DNA of 64,000 nt from an uncultured bacterium (GTDB lineage Bacteria > Fermentibacterota > Fermentibacteria > Fermentibacterales > Fermentibacteraceae), in assembly GCA_964603785.1 (NCBI GenBank), contig CAZRWD010000003.1:142716-206715 (forward strand), read 5' to 3'. This document shows positions 53,255 through 63,039 of the stretch, in pieces (the first letter of the stretch is position 1; each line of letters starts with the position of its first letter). A program made the translations under genes and the position numbers. The notes beneath the pieces are model-generated. The model worked only from the letters and a program-made list of their open reading frames with translations. It was not told the origin of the DNA and made no database searches.

Positions 53255-55064
53255 AGTTGAACCCCACCGAGGCGTTCCAGTATCCGGGACGGTCGTTCGA
53301 GAACATTGTCCTGGTGATGTTCACCGTGAGGGTGCCCTCCCCGATGCCCATCCTGCTCCGAAGACCCAGGTGGTGGAGGTGCTCCTCGAGCGGGGGGGCC
53401 GAGGAGGCGAGGAAGCTGCGCTTCGAATACTCGTAGGAGTAGCTGGGGGTGACCCCCACGCTCCTGCCGATGTGGAATCCGGTGTTGAGCGTGACCGTGT
53501 TGTTGATGCTCTCCTCGGAGCGGCTGAAGAGGCCTCCGTCGAAGCTGCCCTGGTCCTGCACCCGCAGCCTGTGGCCGATGCCCAGCGTGGTGGAGTCCGG
53601 GGACATCCGCTGGAGGCTGATGCTGGAGTCCACCCTCCGGAACAGGAGGTCGCTGCCCGTCCCGGTCGATGCGGGGAACCTGAAGGTCGTGTAGTCGGCG
53701 CTCAGCTTCACCGAATGCTCGATGTCCCAGCCTCCGCCGAGGTCGTACTCGTACCCCGGGGTGAAGCTGTAGGTCGACGAGCTCTTGCTGTTCCCCGAGA
53801 GCTCGGACTTGAGGTAGACCGTCTCGAGGTTCTGTCCCTGGATGCTGGAGAGGAGCGTGAGCCGCGGTCCCACCGGGACCTCGACGTCGAGGGAGAGGAC
53901 CTCCCTCAGCTCGTCCCTGTCGCTGTTGTCCTCGTAGAGGCTGTCGCCGGGGCCGGGCCAGGAGCCCATCGTGTCGTATGTGTAGAGCTCGATGCTCCTC
54001 TGGAACACGAGCCGGGAGGCTCCCGGCATGTATGTGACGGTCGAGCTGAAGTACCGGTCGTCGGTGAGGTCGTACACGTCGAAGAGGTCCGAAGTGCCGT
54101 AGGCCGTCCTCTTCCTGTCGTTCCTGTCGATGCTCCTCGACAGCTGGAACTCGGACACGAGATTCCCGGTCATCTGCCACCGCAGGTGCCCGCCCATGGT
54201 CCTCATCCTGCCCAGCCTGTCCCTCGGGTCTCCCTGGCCGAGCGTGTCGGCCTCGTTCTCCCAGTACCTCTTGTCCCAGTTCCAGCCGGTGGAGAGCTGC
54301 ATGGACACGTCATCGAACAGGGGAGGGAGGGTCAGGACGACGTTGTGGCTCCAGTTCTGTTCGCGGTGGCTGTAGTTCGAGTCGCTGAAGGTCGTGAACA
54401 TCCTCGCGGCCGAGGCCTGGACGCCCAGCGAACCGCCCTCGAAGAGCCCGGGGAAGGAATAGTTGACCCTGGCCGTCAGGTTGTCCCTGCCGTTGTCCGT
54501 CTGCCTGCCGAGGGTCCTGTCCTCGCCGAAGGTCAGGCTGGTGCTCAGGCGCTGGAACAGGGGCTTCTGGAAGGTCACTCCCACGGTGCGGACACCCCCC
54601 TCGTCGTGGCCCCTGATGGTGGAGTCGCCCGACACGTTCTCGTAGTCGAGGTAGTGCGAGCCCAGGCTCATGGAGACCGATGCCCAGTCGAGGGGGGTGT
54701 AGCGTATCTCCCCGGCCGTGGTGTTGTTGAGCTGGTCCTGGATCAGCTCCCCGAACCTGTCCTCCCTCATGATGCTGCGCGAGATGCTCGTCGCCAGCTC
54801 GATCCTCCCGGTCGGGCGCCAGCTCACCCATGCCCGGCCCGTCCTGTTCTCCAGGAACCTGTCGAGGTCGATGCTGCGGTCGGCCCTGAACGAGGCGTCG
54901 AGGTTGATGCTCACGGTCCGGGACAGGTTCTCGACGAAGGAGAAGGTGTTGGTGAGAGCGCTCGTCTCCTTGTACTGGTCCAGCGACATGCCGTAGCCCA
55001 GGTCGTACGCCGAGGCGGGCAGGACCATCGCCAGCAGGGGGAGGGCGAGCCGCAGGTGTCTCAT
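53244..55064 (-). CDS. Outer-membrane beta-barrel protein (uncharacterised)
   Basis: Signal peptide (MRHLRLALPLLAMVLPASA). Long alternating-strand region. C-terminal aromatic residues (GFNYVF). ATGA overlap with the rsmA stop. Confidence 0.55.
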   Translation of the reverse strand: MRHLRLALPLLAMVLPASAYDLGYGMSLDQYKETSALTNTFSFVENLSRTVSINLDASFRADRSIDLDRFLENRTGRAWVSWRPTGRIELATSISRSIMREDRFGELIQDQLNNTTAGEIRYTPLDWASVSMSLGSHYLDYENVSGDSTIRGHDEGGVRTVGVTFQKPLFQRLSTSLTFGEDRTLGRQTDNGRDNLTARVNYSFPGLFEGGSLGVQASAARMFTTFSDSNYSHREQNWSHNVVLTLPPLFDDVSMQLSTGWNWDKRYWENEADTLGQGDPRDRLGRMRTMGGHLRWQMTGNLVSEFQLSRSIDRNDRKRTAYGTSDLFDVYDLTDDRYFSSTVTYMPGASRLVFQRSIELYTYDTMGSWPGPGDSLYEDNSDRDELREVLSLDVEVPVGPRLTLLSSIQGQNLETVYLKSELSGNSKSSSTYSFTPGYEYDLGGGWDIEHSVKLSADYTTFRFPASTGTGSDLLFRRVDSSISLQRMSPDSTTLGIGHRLRVQDQGSFDGGLFSRSEESINNTVTLNTGFHIGRSVGVTPSYSYEYSKRSFLASSAPPLEEHLHHLGLRSRMGIGEGTLTVNITRTMFSNDRPGYWNASVGFNYVF

Positions 55065-55873
55065 CGCACGGTCAACTCCGCAATCCGGACGAAGCCCTCG
55101 GGGGGGATCCTCTCCGCCCTCTCGGTGCTATCTATACCCGCGTCCCGCAGCACGGCGCCAGCCCCCGGACGCCCGACCAGGTCGGAGAGGTTGTTCAGTA
55201 TCGTCTTCCTCCTCTTCGAGAAGCCGGCGGCGACAACCCTCCTGAACTGGGGCAGCAGCTCCGCGGGGACGAGCGGGGCATCCCTCCTGTCGAGAACGAG
55301 TACCCTCGAGCGGACGGCCGGTTCCGGATGGAAGTCCCCGGGCTCCGCTTCCAGGAGGGGTCTGGGCGTGAAGTGGGGCCAGAGCCCCAGGGTGAGGCGC
55401 CCGTATGCCTTCCCGCCGGGGGAGGCCGCTATCCGTTCCGCGACCTCGGCCTGGAGCATGACGACGGCCCTGCGCACCTGGGAGAATGCCGGCTCGACCA
55501 GCCGCATGACCGATGGTGAGGAGATGCTGTAGGGAAGGTTCGAGGCCACGCAGGTGAACGGGCTTCCGGGCAGCAGCCGGGGATCGGTCCTCAGGAAGTC
55601 TCCCCTCACCACGACCAGCCCCCTCGCGGAGAGCGTCCTCCCCAGATGCCCGGCGAGCCGCTCGGAGATCTCCACGGCGGTCACCGACTCGCAGGTCTCG
55701 AGCAGGCGGACCGTCAGCGCGCCCAGCCCGGGCCCGATCTCGAGGGTCGGGCCGCTGCATTCGCCCGCCATCCTAGCGGCGAGCCGGTCGTTGACGAGGA
55801 AGCTCTGCCCCAGCCTCCTGTCGGGAGTTACTCCCAGCTCCGAGAGAAGCCTGGAGACCTCGGACGCCCTCAC
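55061..55873 (-). CDS. rsmA: 16S rRNA (adenine1518/1519-N6)-dimethyltransferase
   Basis: GTG start overlapping the upstream stop (GTGA at 55870-55873). KsgA motifs (LGQSFLVN, LEIGPGLGALT, ASNLPYSISSP). Confidence 0.85.
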   Translation of the reverse strand: MRASEVSRLLSELGVTPDRRLGQSFLVNDRLAARMAGECSGPTLEIGPGLGALTVRLLETCESVTAVEISERLAGHLGRTLSARGLVVVRGDFLRTDPRLLPGSPFTCVASNLPYSISSPSVMRLVEPAFSQVRRAVVMLQAEVAERIAASPGGKAYGRLTLGLWPHFTPRPLLEAEPGDFHPEPAVRSRVLVLDRRDAPLVPAELLPQFRRVVAAGFSKRRKTILNNLSDLVGRPGAGAVLRDAGIDSTERAERIPPEGFVRIAELTVR

Positions 55874-57231
55874 CCGGAACCCCTCACGGACAGCGGGAGG
55901 CCCAGACCCGCGGCAAGCGAGGCAACCGCGGGGATGTCCACGCCCTCCCAGCGCACGGCCGTCAGGCGCACCTCCCTGTCCGAAGCCTTCGCGAGCGCGA
56001 CGAACGACAGCAGGTGACCCCACGCCCCGGGGCGGGAGGGTCTGCAGGTGTTCCCGTAGGAGACCTCGTCGTGCGCATTCAGGCTGATGCTGACGGAGTC
56101 GAAGAGGGAGAGGAGCCTCGAGGCCTCCCCGGTCGACATGATGCCGGTCGCGAGCCCGTTGGTGTTGAGCCGGAGCCTCCTCCAGCCCGCCTTCCTCGCG
56201 GCCCTCGCGGCGTCCTCGAGGAGGTCCGCCCTGTCGGTGGGCTCGCCGTAGCCGCAGAAGACCAGTTCCTCGAACCCGGACGGATCGAGTCGCGAGACCG
56301 AGCCCAGGACCCTCCGGGGGGAGGGGTCTCCCGACGCGTGCCTCAGGATGTACCCTCCGAGGCCCGGTGTGCGCTCGCGGATGCAGAACTCGCAGGAGTT
56401 CGAGCATCTGCCGGTCAGGTTCACGTATGCCCGTCGGCCCAGGACGTACACGACGGCCGGCCTGAGGCCCTCCTCGAGCATGAAGGCCCTGCGGGCGTTG
56501 CTCGACAGCCGCCGCGCGGCGGAGGAGGCGTCCTCCCCGGCGATCCGGGCGGCGCATCCGATCGTGTGCACGATGAGGGCCGGCTCGCAGGTGCGCCCCC
56601 TGACGGGCTCCGGGGCCATGTAGGGGCTGTCCGTCTCCGTCAGGACGCTTCCGCGGGGCAGGCCTGCCAGGATGTCCCGCAGGTCCCGCCTCCCGGCGAA
56701 GGTGAGCGCACCGGAGAAGCTCACGAACCACCCCCTGCGGACGGCCTCCCCGGCGGGTCCGGCGGGCCCCGTGTAGCAGTGCATTATCACGGGCGAGGGG
56801 TGGTCTTCGGGCAGGACCTCCATGATCCGCCGCTCCGCGCTCCTGCTGTGCAGGACCAGGGGAAGATCGAGGTCGCGCGCCAGGCCGGCGTGCATGAGGA
56901 GCAGATCGATCTGGGCGCCTTCGGGGGGGTGCGGCTCCTTCAGGTCGAGCCCGGACTCCCCGACCGCGCAGATCCCCGGCTCGAAGCAGAGCCTCTGGAT
57001 GTCCGCGAACCGCTCCGCACCCGTGCCGGCCTCGGACGGGTGGAGACCGGCGCAGGCCAGGACGGACTCCGAGGAGCGCGCGATCCGCAGCGCCTCCCGG
57101 GAGGTCGCCTCGTCGACTCCGGGGCAGATCATCAGGGTCACGCCCGCATTCCGGGCGTTCTCCAGGACTTCTCGAAGCCTTCCGGCCAGGCCCGGCATGT
57201 AGAGGTGGCAGTGGGTGTCCACGGCTTCCAT
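55870..57231 (-). CDS. Fusion protein: TatD-family metal-dependent hydrolase plus TatD-associated radical SAM domain
   Basis: Trimmed to MEAVDTHCHL (TatD motif). TatD region of about 250 aa (VGESGLD, VLHSRSA, TDSPYMAP). C-terminal region of about 200 aa with a radical-SAM cysteine cluster (CSNSCEFC) and a glycine-rich SAM motif (FCGYGEP). Confidence 0.75.
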   Translation of the reverse strand: MEAVDTHCHLYMPGLAGRLREVLENARNAGVTLMICPGVDEATSREALRIARSSESVLACAGLHPSEAGTGAERFADIQRLCFEPGICAVGESGLDLKEPHPPEGAQIDLLLMHAGLARDLDLPLVLHSRSAERRIMEVLPEDHPSPVIMHCYTGPAGPAGEAVRRGWFVSFSGALTFAGRRDLRDILAGLPRGSVLTETDSPYMAPEPVRGRTCEPALIVHTIGCAARIAGEDASSAARRLSSNARRAFMLEEGLRPAVVYVLGRRAYVNLTGRCSNSCEFCIRERTPGLGGYILRHASGDPSPRRVLGSVSRLDPSGFEELVFCGYGEPTDRADLLEDAARAARKAGWRRLRLNTNGLATGIMSTGEASRLLSLFDSVSISLNAHDEVSYGNTCRPSRPGAWGHLLSFVALAKASDREVRLTAVRWEGVDIPAVASLAAGLGLPLSVRGSG

Positions 57232-57251
57232 GCCAGGGGGGGGCGTCGCTG

Positions 57252-58511
57252 TCAGGCGGTCCGCCAGATCACGTCCTCCCTGGAGGGTCCGGTCGAGATC
57301 AGGCGCACGGGCGCCCCGCAGGCCGTCTCGACGAACTCGACGAACCTGCGGGCCTCTGCGGGGAGGGACTCCCAGGCCCTCTCCCCCCTGATGTCGCCGC
57401 TCCATCCGGGAAGGGTCTCGTAGACCGGCCTGACCCTGTCGAGGCCGATGACGCATGAGAGGGGGTCCGTACCCCCTGCGCCCTCCCAGGAGGTCGCGAC
57501 CCTGATCACCGGCAGCCCTCCGAGCACGTCGAGCAGGGTCAGGGCGATCCAGCTCACGCCGTTGAGGAGGACGGAGTACCTCATGAGGACGAGGTCCAGC
57601 CAGCCGCAGCGCCTGGGTCTGCCGGTCGTCGCCCCGTACTCGTTGCCCCTCGTCCTGAGGTGCTCCCCCGTGGCGTCGGCGAGCTCCGAGGGGAACGGGC
57701 CGGACCCCACCCTGGTGGAGTAGGCCTTCATTATCCCGACGACCTCGGTTGCGCGCGGAGCTATCCCGAGGCCCGTGAAGGCGGCGGAGGCCGTGCAGGA
57801 GCCGGAGGTGACGAAGGGATAGGTTCCGTGGTCGGGGTCCAGGAGCGTGCCCTGGGCGCCCTCGGCGATGACCGTTCCGTCGCGGCCCAGGACGTCGCGG
57901 ATGATCCCGGGGACGTCGCCGCAGAGACCGGACAGCCTCATGGACGCCTCGAGGAACCGCCCGGACTGCGACTCGAGGTCGGCGGCGGCATCTCCGTCGA
58001 GGCCCGGGACCTCGCGGATCACCGCTTCCGACAGCGCCTCGAGCCTCCCCGGGTCGAAGGTGTCCGCGAGCCTCATGCCGGTCCTGGCGAACTTCCGGGT
58101 GTAGGCGGGGCCTATGCCGCGGCCGGTCGTGCCGATCGCCGCAGCACCCCTTGCTCGCTCCTCGGCGGCCTCCAGCAGGCGGTAGGCCGGATGGACCAGA
58201 TGCACCCCGGGGGAGACGGAGAGCCTTCCCTCGAGGGGCACGCCCATACGCGAGAGCGCATCGATCTCATCCAGCATGGCTGCGGGGTCCGCGACGCACC
58301 CCGGACCCACGAGACCCTTCACGCCGTCGTGGAGGAGGCCTGTCGGCACCTGGTGGAGGACCACTGGGCGGCCCTGGAACCTGACCGTGTGTCCGGCGTT
58401 CGCGCCGCCGGAGAACCTGGCGACCGCGGAAGCCCCTCCGGCGAGGAGGTCCACGACCTTGCCCTTGCCTTCGTCGCCCCAGCCGAGCCCGACAACCGTC
58501 ACGAGGGGCAT
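57252..58511 (-). CDS. purA: Adenylosuccinate synthetase
   Basis: P-loop GWGDEGKGK and conserved PurA regions (GPAY, TTGRPRRCGW). Confidence 0.9.
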   Translation of the reverse strand: MPLVTVVGLGWGDEGKGKVVDLLAGGASAVARFSGGANAGHTVRFQGRPVVLHQVPTGLLHDGVKGLVGPGCVADPAAMLDEIDALSRMGVPLEGRLSVSPGVHLVHPAYRLLEAAEERARGAAAIGTTGRGIGPAYTRKFARTGMRLADTFDPGRLEALSEAVIREVPGLDGDAAADLESQSGRFLEASMRLSGLCGDVPGIIRDVLGRDGTVIAEGAQGTLLDPDHGTYPFVTSGSCTASAAFTGLGIAPRATEVVGIMKAYSTRVGSGPFPSELADATGEHLRTRGNEYGATTGRPRRCGWLDLVLMRYSVLLNGVSWIALTLLDVLGGLPVIRVATSWEGAGGTDPLSCVIGLDRVRPVYETLPGWSGDIRGERAWESLPAEARRFVEFVETACGAPVRLISTGPSREDVIWRTA

Positions 58512-58539
58512 GCGAACCTCCGGGAGGCGGACTGCGGCC

Positions 58540-59796
58540 TCAGCCGGCCCGCCTTGTGCGCCTGCGCCTCCTCACCCTCTCGGGCTCGGATCCGTCACGC
58601 ACGCACTCCTCCGTCACCACGAGCCTCTTCACGGACTCCCTCTCGGAGGGGAGCATGAACATGGGCTCGAGGAGGATCCTCTCCATGATGGCCCTCAGCC
58701 CGCGGGCGCCGCTCTCCGTCTTCCTGGCCTGCCTGGCGATCTCGAGCAGGGCTCCGCGCTGGAACTCGAGCTCCACGTCCTCGAGACCGAAGAAGTACTC
58801 GTACTGACGCACGAGGGCGTTCCTCGGCTCGGTCAGCACCCTCACCAGAGCCTCCTCGTCCAGGTCGTCCAGGGCGACGAGCACGGGGAGCCGCCCGACG
58901 AGCTCCGGGATGAGACCGTAGCGCACGAGATCGTGCGACTCGGCCTGCTCCAGGATGTTCGCGGCGCCGGACGCCCGTTCCCTCCCCCGGGCTTCGGGGG
59001 CGAACCCGATGCTCGAGCGGGAGAGCCTGCGCCTGAGTATCTCCTCGAGGCCGTGGAAGGACCCGCCGCAGATGAAGAGGATGTTGGAGGTGTCGATCGG
59101 GATGTTCTCCTGGTAGGGGTGCTTCCGGCCGCCCTGGGGAGGCACGTTGGCGACCGTGCCCTCCAGTATCTTCAGGAGGGCCTGCTGCACCCCCTCGCCG
59201 GAGACGTCGCGCGTGATCGACGGGTTCTCGGACTTCCGCGAGATCTTGTCGATCTCGTCGATGTAGATGATCCCCTGCTGGGCCCTCTGGACGTCCATTC
59301 CGGTCACGTGGAGCAGGCGGAGCAGGATGTTCTCGACGTCCTCCCCGACGTAGCCGGCCTCGGTGAGCGTTGTCGCGTCGGCTATCGCGAACGGCACGTC
59401 GAGTATCCTGGCCAGGGTCCGGGCCAGGAGGGTCTTGCCCACGCCCGTGGGGCCGAGCAGGAGGACGTTGCTCTTCTCTATCTCCACGCCGACCTCGGGG
59501 TCCTCGGCCGCCCTGAGCCTCTTGTAGTGGTTGTAGACGGCAACGGAGAGCACCCGCTTAGCCCTCTCCTGGCCTATGACGTACTCGTCCAGACGCTTCT
59601 TGATCTCCTCGGGGAGGGGGAGGGGTGTGTCGGGCCGGACATCCCTGGCCGCCCCGCCCTCCGATGGCTTCTCCTCGAGCAGGTCGAAGCAGTAGCGGAC
59701 ACACTCGTCGCAGATGCTGACCCCGGGGCCCTGGATGATCCTCGCGACCTCGCCGGCGGCCCTGTTGCAGAACGAGCACTTCCCCGTGCGTGCCAC
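58540..59796 (-). CDS. clpX: ATP-dependent Clp protease ATP-binding subunit ClpX
   Basis: Zinc-finger ([11 protein letters not shown]...CDEC), Walker A GPTGVGKT, and the ClpX IGF-loop region. Confidence 0.9.
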   Translation of the reverse strand: MARTGKCSFCNRAAGEVARIIQGPGVSICDECVRYCFDLLEEKPSEGGAARDVRPDTPLPLPEEIKKRLDEYVIGQERAKRVLSVAVYNHYKRLRAAEDPEVGVEIEKSNVLLLGPTGVGKTLLARTLARILDVPFAIADATTLTEAGYVGEDVENILLRLLHVTGMDVQRAQQGIIYIDEIDKISRKSENPSITRDVSGEGVQQALLKILEGTVANVPPQGGRKHPYQENIPIDTSNILFICGGSFHGLEEILRRRLSRSSIGFAPEARGRERASGAANILEQAESHDLVRYGLIPELVGRLPVLVALDDLDEEALVRVLTEPRNALVRQYEYFFGLEDVELEFQRGALLEIARQARKTESGARGLRAIMERILLEPMFMLPSERESVKRLVVTEECVRDGSEPERVRRRRRTRRAG

Positions 59797-59802
59797 GGCC
59801 CG

Positions 59803-60424
59803 CTACTTCCCGGCCTTGAGGACGTTGTCCACCAGACCGTAGGCGATCGCCTCGGGGGCGTCCATCCAGAAGTTGCGGTCGGTGTCCTCCTCGATCTTCC
59901 CGATGGGCTGGCCCGTGTGATGGGAGAGGAGCTCGTTGAGCTCCCTGCGGAGCTTGATGATCTCCCTGGCCTCGATCTCGATGTCGCTGGCCTGGCCCTG
60001 CACGCCCCCCATGGGCTGGTGGAGCATCACCCGGGCGTGGGGCAGGATGTTCCTCTTGCCCTTCGTCCCGGCGGAGAGCAGCAGCGCGGCCATGCTCGCG
60101 GCGGAGCCGAGGCAGAAGGTGGCGACGTCGGGCCTTATGAACCTCATGGTGTCGTAGATGGCGAGACCGGCGGAGACTATGCCGCCCGGGCTGTTGATGT
60201 ACATGCTGATGTCCCTCTCGGGGTCCTCGCCCGCCAGGAACAGGAGCTGTGCGACCACGACGCTCGCGCTCGTGTTCGTTATCGCGTCGCCGAGGAAGAC
60301 TATCCTCTCCTTGAGGAGCCGGGAGTAGATGTCGTAGGACCTCTCGGTGTTGCCGACCCTCTCAACCACGAACGGAATTATCGACAAGGGGGCTCTCCCT
60401 TCGGTCGGACCCTCATGCACCATC
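59803..60424 (-). CDS. clpP: ATP-dependent Clp protease proteolytic subunit
   Basis: ClpP signature ([18 protein letters not shown]...YINSPGG...[11 protein letters not shown]...MLHQP). Confidence 0.9.
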
Positions 60425-61647
60425 GGCCGCGGCCCACTTCCAGTTCGCGTCCGAGTCCTCATGGACGGAAACCGGCCCGGCGGGGGCCGACTCCACAACC
60501 TTCGCCTTCGAGAGGACGTATTCCAGCGCCCTCCGGTTCCTGACCCTGTCCAGGGCCGACGAGGAGGAGGCGCCGGACGACTTCTCGGCCTCCAGCTCCC
60601 CGGGGGTCGGCACGATGCCCTCCCTGATCCCGACGGCGCGGAGCGCTATGAACTCGCGGACCTTCCGGAGGGCTATCTCGCTGATGGCCCTGTCGGTTCC
60701 CTCGTCCCGCCCGCCCTCCAGATTCCTCGCGAAGTCGCCGGCCAGGTTCTCTACCATGTAGCCGGGTGGATCGAAGGGGTTCCTCTCGAGGATGGCGTCG
60801 AGGGCCTGGCGTTCGAGCTCGTCCGCCCTGTCGCGCTCCCACCTGGCCTCCAGCCGCTTGCGCAGCAGGGCCTTGAATTCCCCGAGATCCGGGCAGTCGC
60901 CCGCCTTCCTGGCGAACTCGTCGTCGACCTCGGGCAGCAGGGGCTCTCGCACCTCCATGAGCCTGAAGGTTGTGGGCCTGCCCTTCTCCTCGGTCTCGCC
61001 GGAGCGGAACTCTATCCTGGCCGTGACGGATGCCCCTGCGGAGAGACCGGTGAGCAGGTCGTCCAGCCCGGGGCCGAGATCGGACCCGCCCAGCCTCAGG
61101 GCCATGCGCTCGGGCTCGGAGCCGGGATCGGCGTCGGGGCGCACGACCTCGAGGAGCACGAGATCGCGGTCCGCGGAGGGCCTGTCGGTCCTCCTGTAGT
61201 CGACCATCTTCCAGCGGATGCTCTCGATCATCCTTTCGACGGCCTCGTCGGGATCGAAGCGGGGGATCGACAGCTCGAGGCCCTCGTACCCCTCGGGGTT
61301 CGGGATCTCGAAGAGGTCGAAGGTGATCTCGAAGACGTAGTCCTCCCCCTCGACGGGAAGCTCGTCGCCCGGGGCGGGCCTGCTGCCGGACAGGACCCAG
61401 TCCTGCTCGTCGAGCATCCTCACGGTAAGCTGCTCGCGGATGTCCTCCGCGACCTCGGAGCGTATCAGGTTCCCGTAGCGCTGGTCGAGCACCGAGCGGG
61501 GGACCCGCCCGGGCCTGAATCCGGGCAGCCTGAGGTCCCTGTTTATCCTGCTCCTCACCCTGTCGTAGATGCCGCGCACCTCGGCGGCTCCCGCGTGGAA
61601 GCGCACCGTCCTGCTGGTTCCGGATCCGTCGAGTATCTCGTATTCCA
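60413..61647 (-). CDS. tig: Trigger factor
   Basis: Trimmed to [17 protein letters not shown]. The upstream part of the track ORF reads through the tRNA gene. The tig-clpP-clpX synteny supports the call. Confidence 0.8.
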
Positions 61648-61666
61648 TCTGCGTCCGTTTCGTGAG

Positions 61667-61751
<85 letters not shown>

Positions 61752-61813
61752 CAGGCCTGCCCGAGGGTGGACAAGGCCTGATTATCGGTGACCGGGGGGC
61801 CCCGGTCAAAGAG

Positions 61814-62497
61814 TCACTCCCCGAGTGCCGTCCGGGCCAGCCTCGCCTCCTCGGTGCCGGGATACCGCTCGACTATCAGTGCGAGGAGCCTCGCCCTGTC
61901 GGAGGCGGCCCCGTGGGCCCCGTATATGGCCGCGGCACGGGAGAGGGCGGACGGCGCCCTCTCGGAGTCGGGGAACATCATGGCCAGGGTGGCCAGCTCC
62001 TCGATGGCCAGGTGGGGCTGGGACAGGCCCTCGTGGCAGAGGGCGGCGTAGTAGAGGGCGTCGTCCGCCAGAGGTCCCGTGGGATTGCCCTGCAGCACCG
62101 CCAGGAAGCCGGCCGAGGCGGTGGAGTAGTTGCGCTGCTGGAACTGGAGGTAGGCCTCGTCGTAGGCCGTCTGCTCCTCCACCCCCGATGTGCCCGCGGA
62201 CACGGTCGACGAGTACTGCGAGCCCGGCCCCATCCTCCTGATGATGGTCTCCATCTCCTCGGTCAGAGCCGTGAGCTGGCTGACCAGCTCTCCCACCCTG
62301 GAGCCGGACTGGGCCTGGATTCCCCGGAGAAGGATCTCGTTGGCGGCCGCGGAGGCCCTCAGGGAGTCGAGGTCGGCCTCCACCCTCGCCTGACCCGCCT
62401 CCAGATCCTCCACCCTGCCCGGCATGTCTATGAACTTGCCGCCCCAGCACCCGCACAGGAGGACGAGGACGGCGGATACGGCGATTCTCCCTTTCAT
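61814..62497 (-). CDS. ybgF: Tol-Pal system protein YbgF/CpoB-like (TPR lipoprotein)
   Basis: Lipobox (VLVLLCGC), coiled-coil, and C-terminal TPR repeats (AYLQFQQRNYSTASAGF...ALYYAALCH). Directly downstream of pal. Confidence 0.6.
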   Translation of the reverse strand: MKGRIAVSAVLVLLCGCWGGKFIDMPGRVEDLEAGQARVEADLDSLRASAAANEILLRGIQAQSGSRVGELVSQLTALTEEMETIIRRMGPGSQYSSTVSAGTSGVEEQTAYDEAYLQFQQRNYSTASAGFLAVLQGNPTGPLADDALYYAALCHEGLSQPHLAIEELATLAMMFPDSERAPSALSRAAAIYGAHGAASDRARLLALIVERYPGTEEARLARTALGE

Positions 62498-62498
62498 G

Positions 62499-63026
62499 CT
62501 ACTCGGGTATCACTCTCATGTGGGCGCGTCTGTTCTGGGCGTAGGAGGCTTCGTCGACGCCCGTCACGAACGGCCTCTCCTTCCCGTAGCTGACATACTG
62601 GAGGCGGGATGCGGACACGCCGTAGTTGAGCAGGAAATCCCTGGCGGCCAGCGCTCTGCGCTCACCGAGGGCCAGGTTGTAGTCTATGGTGCCGCGTTCG
62701 TCGCAGTGCCCTTCGATGAGCAGCTTGAAGCCCGTGTTGGCCATCAGATAGGCGGCATTCTGCATCAGGGCCTCGGTGGCCGCCGGGGAGAGGTCGCTCG
62801 AGTCGTAGTCGAAGAAGATGTCGCGCATGCTTGCCTGGTGGGTGTCGAGCCAGTCCAGTCCCGTGCGGAGGGTATCGGTGTCCCAGATGCCGTACTCGAG
62901 GGTGTCGGGCGTGAAGACGATCGTGGTGTCGCCGTTGTCGGTGTCTCTGCGGCACCCTGCGGTGCCCGGCACGAGCGTGGCCGCCATGATCACCATGGTG
63001 GCGAGGACCGTGAGCCTGCTTCTCAT
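62499..63026 (-). CDS. pal: Peptidoglycan-associated lipoprotein (OmpA family)
   Basis: Lipobox (LVPGTAGC) and OmpA-like domain (IFFDYDSSDL...LIEGHCDERGT.DYNLALGERRA). Confidence 0.8.
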   Translation of the reverse strand: MRSRLTVLATMVIMAATLVPGTAGCRRDTDNGDTTIVFTPDTLEYGIWDTDTLRTGLDWLDTHQASMRDIFFDYDSSDLSPAATEALMQNAAYLMANTGFKLLIEGHCDERGTIDYNLALGERRALAARDFLLNYGVSASRLQYVSYGKERPFVTGVDEASYAQNRRAHMRVIPE

Positions 63027-63039
63027 CTCAGCTCCCCTT

